From Malacoraja senta (lineage: Eukaryota), in assembly GCA_038087875.1 (NCBI GenBank), contig CM075987.1, positions 24,306,001 to 24,370,000 on the forward strand: DNA of 64,000 nt, in the 5' to 3' direction. Made by a program: the position numbers and the translations under genes. Position 1 is the stretch's first letter; every line of letters starts with the position of its first letter. The notes beneath the pieces are model-generated. The model did not search any database and was not told the DNA's origin. It saw only the letters and a program-made list of their open reading frames with translations. Positions 50,165 through 64,000 of this stretch are shown here, piece by piece.

Positions 50165-51469
50165 TCGACTGGTCTGCCTTCTGTCTGAAGACTGGAGTGA
50201 GAAAAAACAAAGGAATAAAGACACAAACGACACATTGAATGAACAAACCCCACAAAAAAATAGCATGATTTATGCCTGTTTCGGCCGGCCGGCCACTGGC
50301 CAAAACCCCTTCAACACCCACCCGCACCCCATACATCACCCTCTCTCTCTCCCCCATATATATTTAAAGATTTCTTTTTAAAAAAAGGGTTACAAACACA
50401 ATCCCGCCAAATCCAAAAAAAGTTTAGGCAAAGTGGAAAACAATAAGTTCAGACGCAACACAAAGATGAATCGTCCATCGAAAGATTACCGAACAATTTA
50501 GAGATGGAGCAATGATTACAGAAAGGAAACAGCGGTCACCATGGCTGCTGCTGCTGCTGCCCGTAAACTAACCTACTCAAGAGTGTGAGAGTAGGTTAAC
50601 ACCAAACTCAAACTTCAGTCTATCTGCCTTAAGCAAAACTTCAGCTCTGTTTTAAAACCCTTTGATTTCATCTCTGAATCTTTTCATCGAAAACAGATCC
50701 AGCCAAAAGAATGGGCCACAATACCAGGGAAACAAAACCTGCTGGCACTCATTGCAATTGCTCTTCCCATGGAACCAATATCGAGTCAGGGGGGGGGAAC
50801 TTCAGACCAGTATAAAGGTACACTTAGTGGATTGGTGTGAATGTGGGGAAATCACTGCAAGGGTGATCATTGAGCGGAATAAACCTCGGGGGGGAGGAGG
50901 AGAGGCAAAAAGGCCTTGAAACGCTTGCAACGGTGACAAACGAGTTATTTTGTTATGAGCAGCTACTAAACATTGGCCTTGCCAACCCCAAGGACTACCT
51001 GGCAAACCGAGGTCTGCAACAGGAAGGAACTGCGGATGCCGGGTTTACACCAAAGATAGACACAAAACGCTGGAGTAACTCGGCAGGTCAGGCTGCATCT
51101 CTGGAGAACAGGAATCGGTGACGTTTTTCGGTGACGGCTTGATCCGAAACATCACCTATTCCTCTTCTCCAAAGATGCTGCCTGACCCGCTGAGTTACTC
51201 CAGCATTTTGAGTCTATTTACAGGGAGGCTTAGTTTAAGTTGAGGTTCAACATTGTCACATGCATGGAAGTACCGCGAGAAACCTTGTTTTTTGCATTCC
51301 ATCCATACAGGTCAGATATACCATATATAGTTTAGTTCCATTTTATTATTGTCACGTGTAGCGAGGTGCACTGGAAAAAAAAATTTGCCTGCTATCCAGT
51401 CAAGGAAAGACTAAACATGAAAAAATACAGAGATACAATCAAGTCCAAACTCAAGTCCTATCTGGGACA

Positions 51470-51648
51470 AAAATGCTGGAGAAACTCAGCGGGTGAGGCA
51501 GCATCTATGGAGCGAAGGAAATAGGCAACGTTTCGACCCGAAAGGTTGCCTATTTCCTTCGCTCCATAGATGCTGCCTCACCCACTAAGTTTCTCCAGCA
51601 TTTTTGTCTACCTTCGATTTTCCAGCATCTGCAGTTCCTTCTTAAACA
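51470..51648 (+). mobile_element. PLE fold-back insertion in the putative 3' UTR
   Basis: 14-bp TSD TCCTATCTGGGACA (51456-51469, 51649-51662). Confidence 0.85.
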
Positions 51649-53067
51649 TCCTATCTGGGACACGTGACAATAAAACCCTCTTGACTCTTGACTCTTAACA
51701 TCCAACTAACAGGACGGCTAGACGCTTGTTTTGACCATGTGGCAGTTCCAGTGGTTCTTAAATGCCACTGTGTTGGTTAAATTTAAGGGGAGTAAAATGT
51801 TAGTCTCATGGTAGCCACCTGGGTAAAACTTGAAAGGAACACCTATGAACCATAAAAGCCATCAAAGCAAATGCTGGGAATTGTTTCGAAGGTACAGATG
51901 GAGAGATAGAGTAATCAGTGACATAGACTGCCCAGCGAATGGTCACAAAGACTCGGTTGTAGAATACACCCAGGTCAGTGGCATTAAAACCTCAAGCCCT
52001 TTACCGACCAGAATAGAGTCAAAGAGTTTTACAGCATGGAAACAGGGCCTTCCTCCCAACTTGCCCACGCCGGCCAACATGTCCCATCTACACTAGTCCC
52101 ACCTGCCTACATTTGGCCTCTATCCCTCTAAACCTGTCCTATCCATGTACCTGTCTAAATGTTTCTTAAACGTTGCGATAGTCCCTGCCTCAACTACCTC
52201 CTCTGGCACCTCGTTCCACACACCCACCACCCTTTGCGTGAAAAAGTTGCCCCCTCAGATTCCTATTAAATCTTCCCCCCCCCCCCCTTCACCTTAAACC
52301 TATGTATAAACCCGAGGACCTCACCTTAAAACGTTGAGCATCTTTCACTGGAGGTGTAGCCCAGCCCATCAACACTTGTACCCAGGTGTAGACCAAATGC
52401 AAGACAATATCTTCCATTCTAGGGGAAGAAAAGAAGCAAAGTCCTGAATGCATGCTATGCTGTGGTCATCGCTTAGGGTCAAATATAATTACTGCCACGC
52501 ACACCTTACATAGCAAGTTGGACATTTAAGGAATAGAATCCAAAATAAATGTAGAAAAATAACACTGCTGTCTTACGGACAGAGTTTACTAAATTTTGTG
52601 CCACTACCTTCTGCAAATTCTTAAAGGTATAAACGATTGCTGAATTGTCTCAGTGACCCATAACCAGTCTGTCTCTTAATCTAATCAATATAATTGAGGC
52701 TTGCTACTTCTGAACCAGTGATAGCTTCTCGATTGCATTCCTTGTGATGTAAATGTAATGTAGACTCCCACTCATTTGGCTTGGGGTGCCCTGCATTAGA
52801 AATAAACTGTTCATTGAACCAGTTGGGAAAGGAACGCAAATGTATTAATTATAGAGGTAGATTTTCACGTGCTCATTGGAATTTGTTGAATTTTCTACTT
52901 CCACGGGAGGCGCAGCGGTAGAGTTGCTGCCTTACAGCGCCAGAGACCCGTGTTCGACCCTGGCCACAGGTGCTTGTCTGTACGGAGTTTGTGAGTTCTC
53001 CCCGTGACCTGCGTGGGTTTTCTCCGAGATCTTCGCTTACCCCCCACTTTCCAAAGACGTACAGGTT

Positions 53068-53575
53068 AGAAACATAGAAACATAGAAAACATAGAAAATA
53101 GGTGCAGGAGGAGGCCATTCGGCCCTTCGAGCCAGCACCGCCATTCATTGTGATCATGGCTGATCGTCCCCAATCAATAACCCGTGCCTGCCTTCTCCCC
53201 ATATCCCTTGATTCCACTAGCCCCTAGAGCTCTATCTAACTCTCTCTTAAATCCATCCAGTGATTTGGCCTCCACTGCCCTCTGTGGCAGGGAATTCCAC
53301 AAATTCACAACTCCCTGGGTGAAAAAGTTTTTTCTCACCTCAGTCCTAAATGACCTCCCCTTTATTCTAAGACTGTGACCCCTGGTTCTGGACTCGCAAA
53401 ACATTGGGAACATTTTTCCTGCATCTAGCCTTTTATAATTTTATATGTTTCCATAAGATGCCCCTTCATCCTTCTAAACTCCGGTGAATACAAGCCTAGT
53501 CTTTTCAATCTATCCTCATATGACAGTCCGGCCATCCCAGGGATCAATCTCGTGAACCTTCCCTGCACTGCCTCA
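53068..53575 (-). mobile_element. CR1 LINE 3' fragment inserted in an HE1 SINE (52905-53720)
   Basis: TRGHSLRIKG..FFTQGVVNLWNSLP and (TTTCTATG)n tail. Confidence 0.85.
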
Positions 53576-54857
53576 AACAAGGTTTGTAGGCTAATTGGCT
53601 TGGTACAAAATGCACAAATGTAAAATTGTCCCTAGTGTGTGTGGGGTAGTGTTAATGTGCGGGGATCGCTGGTCAGTGTTGAAGGGACCCGTTTCGCACT
53701 TTATCTCGAAACTAAACTAAAGTGAAGTATCACAAAAAGATTCAAGGGGCAGAGGTCAGAATTTCACTGCTTATTTCTGTCATATTATTTCCAATCTACA
53801 ATTGCTTGTAGTGTCACCCTCCCCGGGGTCATTGACTGAATGATTTCATCCAGGTATCTCTGGAAGTTTTGTTCAGTACGAGGCTTCCTGCTAGAAATGG
53901 TTAAGCATGACTCAACGTGCCAATAGGTAGCATCATAATGAAATATTGTCTTGCATTTGGGCTACTCTAGATATTTGTCTGGTATGTATTTACTTGTTTT
54001 AACAGAGACATTAATCTGCGATGGTCTAACACACAAGTACGGCAAATGTTCCCTGTTATCAATAACAGTTATTTGTAGCCTTTCAACACCAACAGTCACA
54101 ACACTTTGTTCTAGATTCACACAAGAAAGTTAAAGCATTCTGCAATTGAATTTAATAGTTCTGAGGAATACTGAACACACTATGTTGCGTACACACAGAG
54201 AATTGCCAGCACCTCAAAGGGTTTCGGCCCGAAACGTTGCCTATTTCCTTCGCTCCATAGATGCTGCTGCACCCGCTGAGTTTCTCCAGCACTTTTGTCT
54301 ACCTTTGAGCACCTCAAAGGAATCTGCCAATGTTCCTGGGTCTCGACCCGAAACGTCACCCATTCCTTCTCTGCAGAGATGCTGCCTGTCCCGCTGAGGT
54401 ACTCCAGCATTTTGTGTCTACCTTTGATTTAAACCAGCATCTGCAGTTCTTTCCTACACAGATTTCCCCAGTAGCAATTTCCTAATGCAAAGAGCACCGT
54501 TCAATATTTTACATGGTGACAACAATATCCATGTAACAGAACTTAAAATATCATGATTAGTGGAGTCAAAATATCTGGTTAACAACAATCAGGAAGCATA
54601 TACAAATCAATATCCCTACAATATGAATCAAACAATATTACATTTCAAGTGACTATTAATTTACAAATTCTTCACAAGTTTAGTCAAAATTAGTTTGCCC
54701 TTCCTGTGGCAAAGTTATTAACGTCTTTAAATTAGTTGGTTAAAAGAATGAACAGCAATCTGATACAAATGTGTTGTGACATTTGTGCGGTTCCTTCATG
54801 GCCTGAATCTACTAATATCATGTAATGTGAGGCGTGTGTACACGACACTGAGGAATG

Positions 54858-55169
54858 GGCCGGCATAGTGGCGCAGCGGTAGAGTTGCTGCCTTACAGTG
54901 CCAGAGACCCGGGTTCGCTCCCGGCTATGGGTGCTTGCCTGTACGGACTGTGCACGTTCTCCCCTTGACCTGCGTGGGTTTTCTCCGAGAGCTTCGGTAT
55001 CCTCCCACACTCCAAAGACGTGCAGGTTTGCAGCTTAATTGGCTTGGTATAAATGTGAAAATTGTCCCTAGAGTAGAATAGTGTTAATGTGCGGGGGATG
55101 TCTGGTCGGAGGGCCGAAGGGCCTGTTTCCGCGCTGTATCTCTAAACTAAACTAAACTAAACTAAACTA
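54858..55169 (+). mobile_element. HE1-type SINE
   Basis: Full-length family match. Confidence 0.85.
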
Positions 55170-57919
55170 GAAGGAGGGAACCTCAAGAGAAGGATGCACA
55201 TTTTGTTCAGTTCAGTTAAGTTCAGTTTATTATCACGTGTACCGAGGTACGGTGAAAAGCGTTTGTTGATTTTCATATCCATGGCATTAGCGAGAAGGCA
55301 AATCCTGGCGTTGGTTTAATAATTTTTTAACAAAGAGTGCAAAATGCAACATTTCCAGCAGAATCCCAGCAGAACGCAATCGTCCAATCTTTATCGTGGT
55401 GGCGATGCGACTCAAAGCTTTCCCACAGACAGTATTTCCCCGTCAACCTGTTGGTTAGGACCTCAGTTGACTCATACTTTTGGCTGGTTGAGGTGTGTCA
55501 AAACAGAAAAAGTAGAACATGCCAATTTCAAAGGGAATTTGAAGCAAGACAAGCTACCTCCCATCTCTCTTCCATTTTGCCTGGTTGTAACTGTCGGTCC
55601 TTATTGGTTTTACCTGTGTTGTTTTAAAGAAAAAAATATTTCATGCTGCAGATTCCTGACAGGCGAGGTTGTGCAAACTACATGGTCTGAGATTAAAAAG
55701 AGAGAAAAAAAAAAATCTTACCACAGCATTAGGGTTTAGACATTAAAAAAAACATAGTTCTCCATAGGATTTTGGTGTGCAGTTGCGTCTTAATGTCTTG
55801 TCGATTTTCGTGCATAGTATTAACTCCAGCTAGAGGGAAAAAAAAGAACAACTTTTTGACATTTAATTGTTTAAGTGTTTAAAGTGTTTATTTGTATTTT
55901 TGTTATAAACTTTTGCTTAATTGTATTTAATCAGTATTTTTATTGTGCTCGGTAACTGCATTTGGAACTCCTGTACAGTCATTTGCAAAAGTCTACATCA
56001 ATGTTTGTTTCTTGAAAAGCTGCTAAAGTCAGACAGGTATTTTTTTTGTATCCAAATCTATTTTTAAATTTTAAGTTTTGTTTCCTAAGGCTTTGCATAC
56101 ATAATATCTCGTGCATTTAAAAATTTCTTTTTTTTTGTTAAAAAGAGGTGATTAGTTTAGCTACAATAGCAGCCATTATATAAGGGACAGTCAGATGCAG
56201 AGAGCGTGGACGGGAAACAAAAACTCGATCAAATGTTGCCGTTGAAAGAGTTAATACTCACACTTCCGTTCAAACCTTTCATACGACGGTAAGATTTGTT
56301 GGGAAGACCCTTGGCTCTTGCTAATTAATCACAAATATTTTGTTTTATATAATCAACGAAAATTGTATTAAGATGATAGTTATTCAATATTTGCTTTTTT
56401 TTTCTTTTGTTGTTATTTAACAGCATACAAGAATATTGCTGCTTTTAACAATGAAATATTTCAATCATGGGAGGCAGATAAATTCAGTCAAAATACCGAA
56501 TTCTGACCATCGATTTAAGTACCAAGTCACATCTGCTGGTGCGATGCTGGTCACTGGTAAACTGGTCACGATAATATGTTTTAAAAACACTCTCTCTCCC
56601 CCCACGACCAATCCTTGTGAACAGAAGGTAATCTTACTCGCAAAGTTCCCACATTATCTGTAGAGGCATTTTTATTTTCCAGAAGAGTACAAGAAGTCTT
56701 GGTTTCTAATTGATCATTTACCTGTCTGCATAATACATTTCAAGCTGTGATTTCTTTGAGGGAGGAAATATTTTCATGTGGTAACCGCCATTGTGAAAAA
56801 CCTGGTATTTATTAGTCATTCTAGTTACTTGTTGGGCACCTTATGGAAGTCATAAAAACAATAATCAAATTAAGTGCTGAAAAAAAAAGTTATAAATGTA
56901 ACAGTCTACTGTAATATCATATCTTTTGCTGTACCTCATGCTTGTAAGCTAGCTGCTTTTTAATGTTTAGTTTAATTTAAATTTCCTAGCAATATATAAA
57001 GATGTAAATAGTAGAGTTATTTATTAAGAATGTCATCCATTTTTAATTTATATTTACACTTTTATCATCTAAATTATTTTTACAACCTTATACATTTCCG
57101 TTGTTACAGCCATTTTATTACCATAATGGTATGATAGGCTATGAGAGATCTCCAAGAGACATACACTGTGTTCCTCCTGTAGGTCTCTCATGTTGAAGTA
57201 CAGACCATCTAACCACATGCAATTTAGTGTAACACATATATCTGTGGACTGATTACCCTTTGCCATTGCTGTGACTCCCTTTGAAAACAAAACCTCGATA
57301 TACCTCCTGAAGTGGTTTTGGGTCGGTCAATGACCAAGTATCAATGGCGTCTAATGAACAAGTGTATAAGATAGTGCCGCTGTTAAAATGACCCGAAGTA
57401 GAGTCCTACGGATGGGATGAGTTAGAAAGCAAACCTTAGATTTCAAATAGGTAAAATTGATCGGATGAAGCAGTTCCAATTTTCCTCATGACATCTACCA
57501 GACGTGCCCGGCCATGTTTATATTTGTTCTGCTTTGTCCGGCCTCTTTTCTCTACCATCTTTCTTTCCTGCCCATTCCACCCCCCCCCCCCCCCCCCCAC
57601 TCGACAATCAGTCTGAAGAGGAGTCTCGCCCCAAAATGTCACCTATCCCTGTTCTCCAGACTCCAGCACCCTGTGTCTTTCCTGGTTTATCCTTAATTCG
57701 ATAAATCTTCCATCACTGCATTAGTAAAATTAAAAATCTTCCTTCGTTCAAAAATAATCAATATGAAATCAATACTTTGTCACTGTGAGCAAATCAAGCA
57801 CCGTGACGAATAATTGATTTAATATTGATTACTTTTGAACGATGGAAGGTTTAAAGTTGGACTAATGCCTGATTTGCACACAGTGGATTCAACAACTAAA
57901 CTGTACATATCATCACAAC

Positions 57920-58056
57920 ATCTCAGTCTGAAGAAGGGTCTCGACTCAGAATGTCACCCATTCCTTCTCTCCAGAGATGCTGCCTGTCCCACTGAGTTAC
58001 TCCAGCATTTTGTGTCTATCTTCAGTTTAAACCAGCATCTGCAGTTCCTTCCTACA
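57920..58056 (+). mobile_element. Short PLE insertion, hammerhead core mutated
   Basis: 15-bp TSD ACATATCA(T/C)CACAAC (57905-57919, 58057-58071). Confidence 0.8.
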
Positions 58057-58631
58057 ACATATCACCACAACCGTTCCGCACTGACAAACTGACAAACTAT
58101 CACCCAGCCCCTGAATTCACATAACATAGATCCTCCTGACCTCTATACAAAATGTCCAACACTCTATCCTGAGTGCAGAGATGAAGAATGAAGCACCCCT
58201 GGTTGGTAGCACTCTATAATAGCCACTGCATGTCTTACACTGCCTTACAATTCAGTTCCACTTGAAAGTGCATTGAACATCACCAAGCCACAGTTGAATT
58301 TCAAGCCAATAGATATTTTTTTAGTCGGCGTTCATTTCAATGAAGAAAATTTGTTTTGAGAAGTTAAAGAACTTTAAATCAAACTGAAAATTGCTTCTCT
58401 TGCATGAAGAACTCAGGAGAAACTATTCTTTGAGCATATTTATGTCCGTTGTGGATAACGTAACCGCTCACAATGAGTAGCCTGTCCTCGGTTTCCACGA
58501 GAACATAAAGCAAGAATGAGAGAAGATGATCTTAGTTTCTTAGTTTCAGGTTCCGACCCGAAAAGTCACCTATTCCATTTCTCCTGCTGCCTGACCCGCT
58601 CCTGCTGAGTTACTCCGGCATTTTGTGTCTG

Positions 58632-58957
58632 TGGCACGGTGGCGCAGCGGTAGAGTTGCTTCCTTACAGCGCTTGCAGCACCAGAGACCCGGGTATCGAT
58701 CCCGACTATGGGAGCTGTCTGTACGGAGTTTGTACGTTCTCCCCGTGACCGCGTGGGTTTTCGGTCAATTGGTTTCCGGTTTCCTCCCACACTCCAAAGA
58801 CGTACAGGTTTGTAGGTTAATTGGCCTGGTACAAGTGTAAATTGTGCTTAGTCTGTGTAGGATAGTATTAATGTGCGGGGATCGCTGGTCGGCGCGGACT
58901 CTGTGGGCCGAAGGGCCTGTTGCCGCGCTGTATCTCTAAACTAAAGTAAACTAAACT
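58632..58957 (+). mobile_element. HE1-type SINE
   Basis: Full-length family match. Confidence 0.85.
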
Positions 58958-59282
58958 ATGAGAGAATATGACATGAGCCTGTGAACCTGACCCAAATTTA
59001 AGATTACTGACCTTCAATTTCCCAGCTGATCCCCAGATCTCTTGAGCTCCTATGAATCCAAACAATTATATTAACCTCAGCTTCAAACATATTGACTGAC
59101 TGAGCGTTCATGCCTTCTGGGAGTGAAAATTCCAAGACTCACAACTCTTTGCAAAGCTGATTTTCTCCTGGTCAACATCCACTGTGTCGAACACTTTCTG
59201 CTGAGATATTGTTCGAGACTTTGCAGTCAATGTAAGCAAACAAAGAATATCACTGTGACTTGTCACATATGACAATGAAGTA

Positions 59283-59395
59283 TCATTCATTCTTTCATTC
59301 ATTCATTCCTTCATTCATTCATTCCTTCATTCATTCATTCCTTCATTCATTCATTCATTCATTTATTCATTCATTTATTCATTCATTCTTTCATC
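59283..59395. repeat. (TCAT)n expansion of a LINE tail
   Basis: Follows GACAATGAAGTA, the tail type also seen at 21300-21440. Confidence 0.9.
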
Positions 59396-60178
59396 TCCCA
59401 TCGCTCACTGTTAACATTCTTCTTTTATGAATTCCAATAAGATCACCTCTTACGCTTCCAAATTCCAGATAGAAAAACCGTCACCCATTCCTTCTCTCCA
59501 GAGATGCTGCCTGTCCCGCTGAGTTACTCCAGCATTTTGTTGTCCAACTTAAAAAATAAAACACCTTCCACTCAATTGCTGTAGAATCTCTCTCTCTCTC
59601 TCTCTCTCGCTCTCTCCATATTTTATAATTATCTACTTCCACTTCACGCCTGCACAGCAATGGCAAAGCGAATCGAGAGGGCTTCGCAGTGAATGGTTCT
59701 ATAGTATTTGTTTTCCTTCATCCATTGCATGTTGTCACTGGCCCTGACAAACCAAAATTTAGCTGCTCTACTCCAGCATCGATCCAGGTGCACAAAACCA
59801 TTGTCAGGGCAAGTGATCAACAGCTGGCATTGAAGCACAAAGGAACTGTTTTAGTGCAACTGGTGGTTAGAAGAAGCGTCATTGGTTTTTACAATGGACC
59901 AACGCTGACCATTGGTGCTGTACTTTAATACCATTATGGTGTTCAGAAAGCACTGGTAATTTAGTGGAGTCCATTCCACTAACCATACTCACAATGCACT
60001 GTGTTAGGCACTTATCACAGACATTTTATTTTGTTCTTTTTGTACCGCTGCATATATTATGTTGGTGCTCTGACTTTACACAACAAACATCTGTCTGGTG
60101 TACTGTATATTTGTTTCTCTGGAAATAACTATTTCTTATGGATAAATAATGTCTCCTCCCTGTTATGTATTGGTTAGA

Positions 60179-60184
60179 AATAAA
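60179..60184 (+). terminator. Candidate polyadenylation signal
   Basis: AATAAA preceded by TGTA motifs and followed about 25-65 nt later by GTGTTT / TTTTATTTTTTGTTG. Confidence 0.4.
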
Positions 60185-62675
60185 CACTGGCTAAATGAAG
60201 GAAAGTGAAGGTGTTTCCATACCTCTTTTCTGCATCGTTTTATTTTTTGTTGCAACGTGGTCTCGCATCTGTCATTACCGGTTTCGGGATAATCGGCCCA
60301 CGACTGGAAACGAGCTGTTTTCCTCGAAGTAGACGTGCCAATTTGGAGGTGAACAAGTGCCACGGTCTCCACTTGGTTTCATCAAAGTCGGTCACACCCA
60401 ACGCGTTTGCAGCCAAAGACTAATAAAGAGCAAAGTCGTTTTTCCAAATTAGGTTGAAGAGAAAGCTGCGGTAATATGTAGTCTGCTCCTCTATGTAATT
60501 AGAAGTCTCCTGTCACATGCAGGTTAGTTGACTGCCTTGTGCATTCCTGCACAGTGGTGTACATTAGTTTAGTTCACCGAGGTACAGTGAAAAGTTTTTT
60601 GGTTGCGGGCGAACCAGTCAGTGGAAAGACAGTACATGATTACAATCGATCCGTCCACAGTGGATACATGATATATACAATACAATACGATAGAACTTTA
60701 TTTATCCCAGGAGGGAAATTGGTCTGCCAACAAACACAAGACACAACAAGACACATGAAACATGAAATTAAAGTGACGAGTGGAAAGTCCAGGATTGGGG
60801 TTGTGCAAAGATTGGGGAAGGAGGGGGGTGGGGGGGAGGTGAAGGGGGAAGGGGAGGCAGTCTTCCCCACGACAGAAGGGGGAGGAGACGCATAGAGTCT
60901 CTTGCCCAGAGTAGGTAAATCGAGGACCAGAGGACATAGGTTTAAGGTGAAGGGGAAATATTTAATAGAAATCTGAGGGATAACTTTTTCACACAAAGGT
61001 TGGCGGGTGTATGGAACGAGCTGCCAGAGGAGGTAGTTGAGGCTGGGACTATCCCAAGCAGTGAGACAGGTACATGGATAGGACAGATTTGGACCAAACG
61101 TGGGCAGATGGGACTAGTGTAGATGGGATATTTTGGCCAGTGTGGGCAAGTCGGCTGTATCACCCGATGACTATGAGTCCAATTGTCTAACGGATGCACA
61201 AAATCTACCAGAAATGTTCACAATATTTCTCCGCTCCAACGTAAGCTGATTCTCATCAACCAGGCAATGTTATGTTTGGAGTTGTGCAAAAGGGAGACCT
61301 TAGCCAAGTCCACAACTTACCACCTGAAAACACATCGCGTCAGCGGCAAGATTTCTCAGTTAATAAATGCAGGAGCATTGCAAATAACATCCATCAATGA
61401 ATCTTCATTTGTGAATTTCTCCATTTTGATTAAGATTATCAGTTTTTCGTGCACTAAAAACAAAAATCAAATCAATGTGTTTCAAAGCTATTCGAAAGGA
61501 AACATAAATGATGGGAGTATATCAAAGGAAGCTATTTTAAACTACAGTTGTGCATTTTACCTCAGGGACCGTTCAAGCAGTCGTTATGTATTTCTTGATT
61601 TATGATTTTTATCAAGGGATTGGGTGTGCGATACATTCTTGGATCTGAAGTTAATTCCCATCCCGGCATGAATGGATGATGGTCGCAGATGAAGAGTTTT
61701 ATTCCTTGATAACTGTCTTTAGCGTGGATATATATATCTGCAGCATGGAAGTACTAGTAATTCAGCACCATTTGTGTATCTTCATCATTGTCTTCGTATG
61801 ATTCCTGACGATGATGCCAGCATGGTGGCACAGCGGTAGAGTTGCTGCCTTACGGCCCCAGAGACCCGGGTTTGATCCTGCCTACGGGTGCTGCCTGTAC
61901 GGAGTCTATACGTTCTCCCCATGACCTACGTGGTTTTTTTTCCGGGTGCTCCGGTTTCCTCCCACATTCCAAAGACGTACAGGTTTGTAGGTCTGGCTCT
62001 GCAGTGGGAGGATAAGGGGGGGGGGGAGATAGGATGTGCATGCTAACACGAACCATCTGCAACCTGTAAATCAGAAGAGACTGTGGGCCGAGGCAGAACG
62101 CAGTTTTGAAGTTTTGAGGAGAAAGTTTATATGTGACGAGCCCACAATCAGGATTTTCACCATCCCTGCGATTGACCAAAGTCTCGCCAAAGCATGGTCC
62201 TTTTTTTAAAAACCACCATAGGGTTTTGAACATGCCAGCATCTTCACAGTTGTTTACCGTTAGCTCTGGACTGAAGTCCATCTTCTCAGGTGAGTGAGGG
62301 AAATACGGCAGTCATGTGGTATTTAGACCGATGTACATGCAAGCTTGCAGCAGGCCGGAGGGTGAGAGGGTGGGGCCAGCTTGATCGAAGTTGTTAGCAG
62401 GTGAACGTGGAGAGTGAGACACAATTGGAGGAGTTCAGGCTGGTGTAGTTGATGGGATACAGCATCAGAAGGGTGACCATGGCCACTATTGAACACTTTG
62501 CAGTCTGCTCTGGCCCCCTGGTCTTTGATCCCTAACATTGGCCTCCCATTGACGTTAGGAGGTGTGCGTTTAACATCTTCCTGTCTTTACTCCAGTGTGC
62601 GCTTTCCTGAAGCAAATCCAACTCTCTCCCTTTTTTCCGTTGTCTCGTTGTACATCAATTGGCATACCACTGCCA

Positions 62676-63880
62676 TAGAGTCATAGACAGTCATAGAGAC
62701 TCATAGAGTGATACAGTATGGAAACGGCCCTTCGGCCCAACTCGCCCACACCGACCCACAATGTTGCAGCTATACTGGTCCCACTTGCCTGCATTTGATC
62801 CATATCGCTCCAAACCTGTCCTATCCATGTACCTGTCTGTTTCCTAAACAATGGGATAGTCCCAGACTCAACTACCTCCTCTGACAGCTTGTTCCATACA
62901 CCCACCACTCTTTGTGTGAAGAAGTTACCCCTCAGATTTCTATTAAATCTTTTCCGCTTCACCTTGAACCTATGTCCTCTGGTCCTCGATACTGTGCATC
63001 TACCCGATCTATTCCTCCCATGATTTTGTACACCTCTATAAGATCTCCCCTCATCCTCCTGCGCTCCATGGAATAGAGACCCAGCCTACTCAACCTCTCC
63101 CTGTAGCTCACACCCTCTAGTCCTGGCAACATCCTCTGAACCCTTTCAAGCTTGACAATATCCTTCTTATAACATGGTGCCCAGAACTGAACACAATATT
63201 CTAAATACGGTCTCACCAACGTCTTATACAACTGCAACATGACCTCCCAACTTCTATACTCAATACTCTGTCTGATGAAGGCCAAAGTGCCAAAAGCCTT
63301 TTTGACCCCCTTATCTATCTGCAACTCGACCTTCAAGGAACTATGCACCTGCACTCCTAGATCACTCTGCTCTGCAACACTACCCAGAGGCCTACCATTC
63401 ACTGTGTAGGTCCTGCCCTTGTTCGACGTCCCAAAATGGAACACCTCACACTTCTCTGTATTAAATTCCATCAACCATTCCTCTGCCCACCTGGCCAATC
63501 GATCCAGATCCTGCTGCAATCTTTCACAACCATCTTCACTATCTGCAAAACCACTCACTTATGTATCATCAGCAAACTTGCTAATCTTGCCCTGTACGTT
63601 CTCATCCAAATCATTGATATAGATGACAAACAGTAACGGGCCCAGCACCGAACCCTGAGGCACACCACTAGTCACAGGCCTCCAGTCTGAGAAGCAACCT
63701 TCCACCATTACCCTCTGCTTCCTTCCATGGAGCCAATTTGCTATCCATTCTGCTATCTCTCCTTGGATCCCATGCGATCTAACCTTCCAGAGCAGCCGAC
63801 CATGCGGAACCTTGTCGAACGCCTTATTGAAGTCCATGTACACAACATCTACAGCTCTGCCCTCATCAGCCATCTTGGGA
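62676..63880 (-). mobile_element. CR1-clade LINE, 5'-truncated, degenerate reverse transcriptase
   Basis: [34 protein letters not shown] and KFADDT motifs; in-frame stop at 63559-63561; small deletions; CR1 3' end with tandem tail. Confidence 0.92.
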
Positions 63881-64000
63881 ACGGTCTCCACCACTTGCTG
63901 CACACACAAAGCACCCTCACTTTAATAGGATTAAACCCATTCAAATGAGAGCTAACCTCTCATCTATTTAGTCCCCCATTGATGGTTTAGAACCTGCAAC

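Larger units (their letters stand above)
50012..60205 (+). other. PAPPA: Putative long 3' UTR of PAPPA (3' end uncertain)
   Basis: Follows the stop codon. Repeat-poor AU-rich blocks at about 50170-50650, 55270-57500 and 59900-60200. Candidate AATAAA at 60179 followed by a GT/T-rich tract. Earlier AATAAA sites (about 50214, 52544, 52801) could also be used. Confidence 0.5.

Noticed and set aside
49771..50266. Track ORFs overlapping the PAPPA exon
   Set aside because: Wrong frame or strand; the conserved peptide is in the third + frame.
60200..62680. ASTN2 terminal exon expected from mammalian synteny
   Set aside because: No astrotactin-like peptide found on the minus strand; probably beyond the window.

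Overview
Vertebrate genomic DNA. The repeat content (HE1-type SINEs, CR1, Rex1/Babar, Penelope-like elements) points to a cartilaginous fish, probably a skate or ray (inference). The only host coding sequence I can support is the terminal exon of pappalysin-1 (PAPPA) on + at 49898-50011, which the ORF track misses. Bases 1-49897 are therefore probably its last intron, and a long 3' UTR probably runs to about 57-60 kb. The rest is dense with transposable elements. Notable items: (1) a 143-bp retroposon with a target-site duplication (TSD) whose 5' end is a 54-nt minimal HDV-like ribozyme with a CPEB3-like core (29568-29710, -); (2) many short Penelope-like insertions carrying a minimal hammerhead core, often as fold-back hairpins, linked to a GIY-YIG C-terminus at 46989-47174; (3) a near-intact Passport-like Tc1 transposon with one 4-bp frameshift (30009-31629); (4) a family of TTA-targeting PIF/Harbinger-type MITEs; (5) a TGT..ACA fold-back MITE with a 5-bp TSD. 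All family assignments come from recalled consensus features; no database search was run. Repeat boundaries without a stated TSD are approximate.
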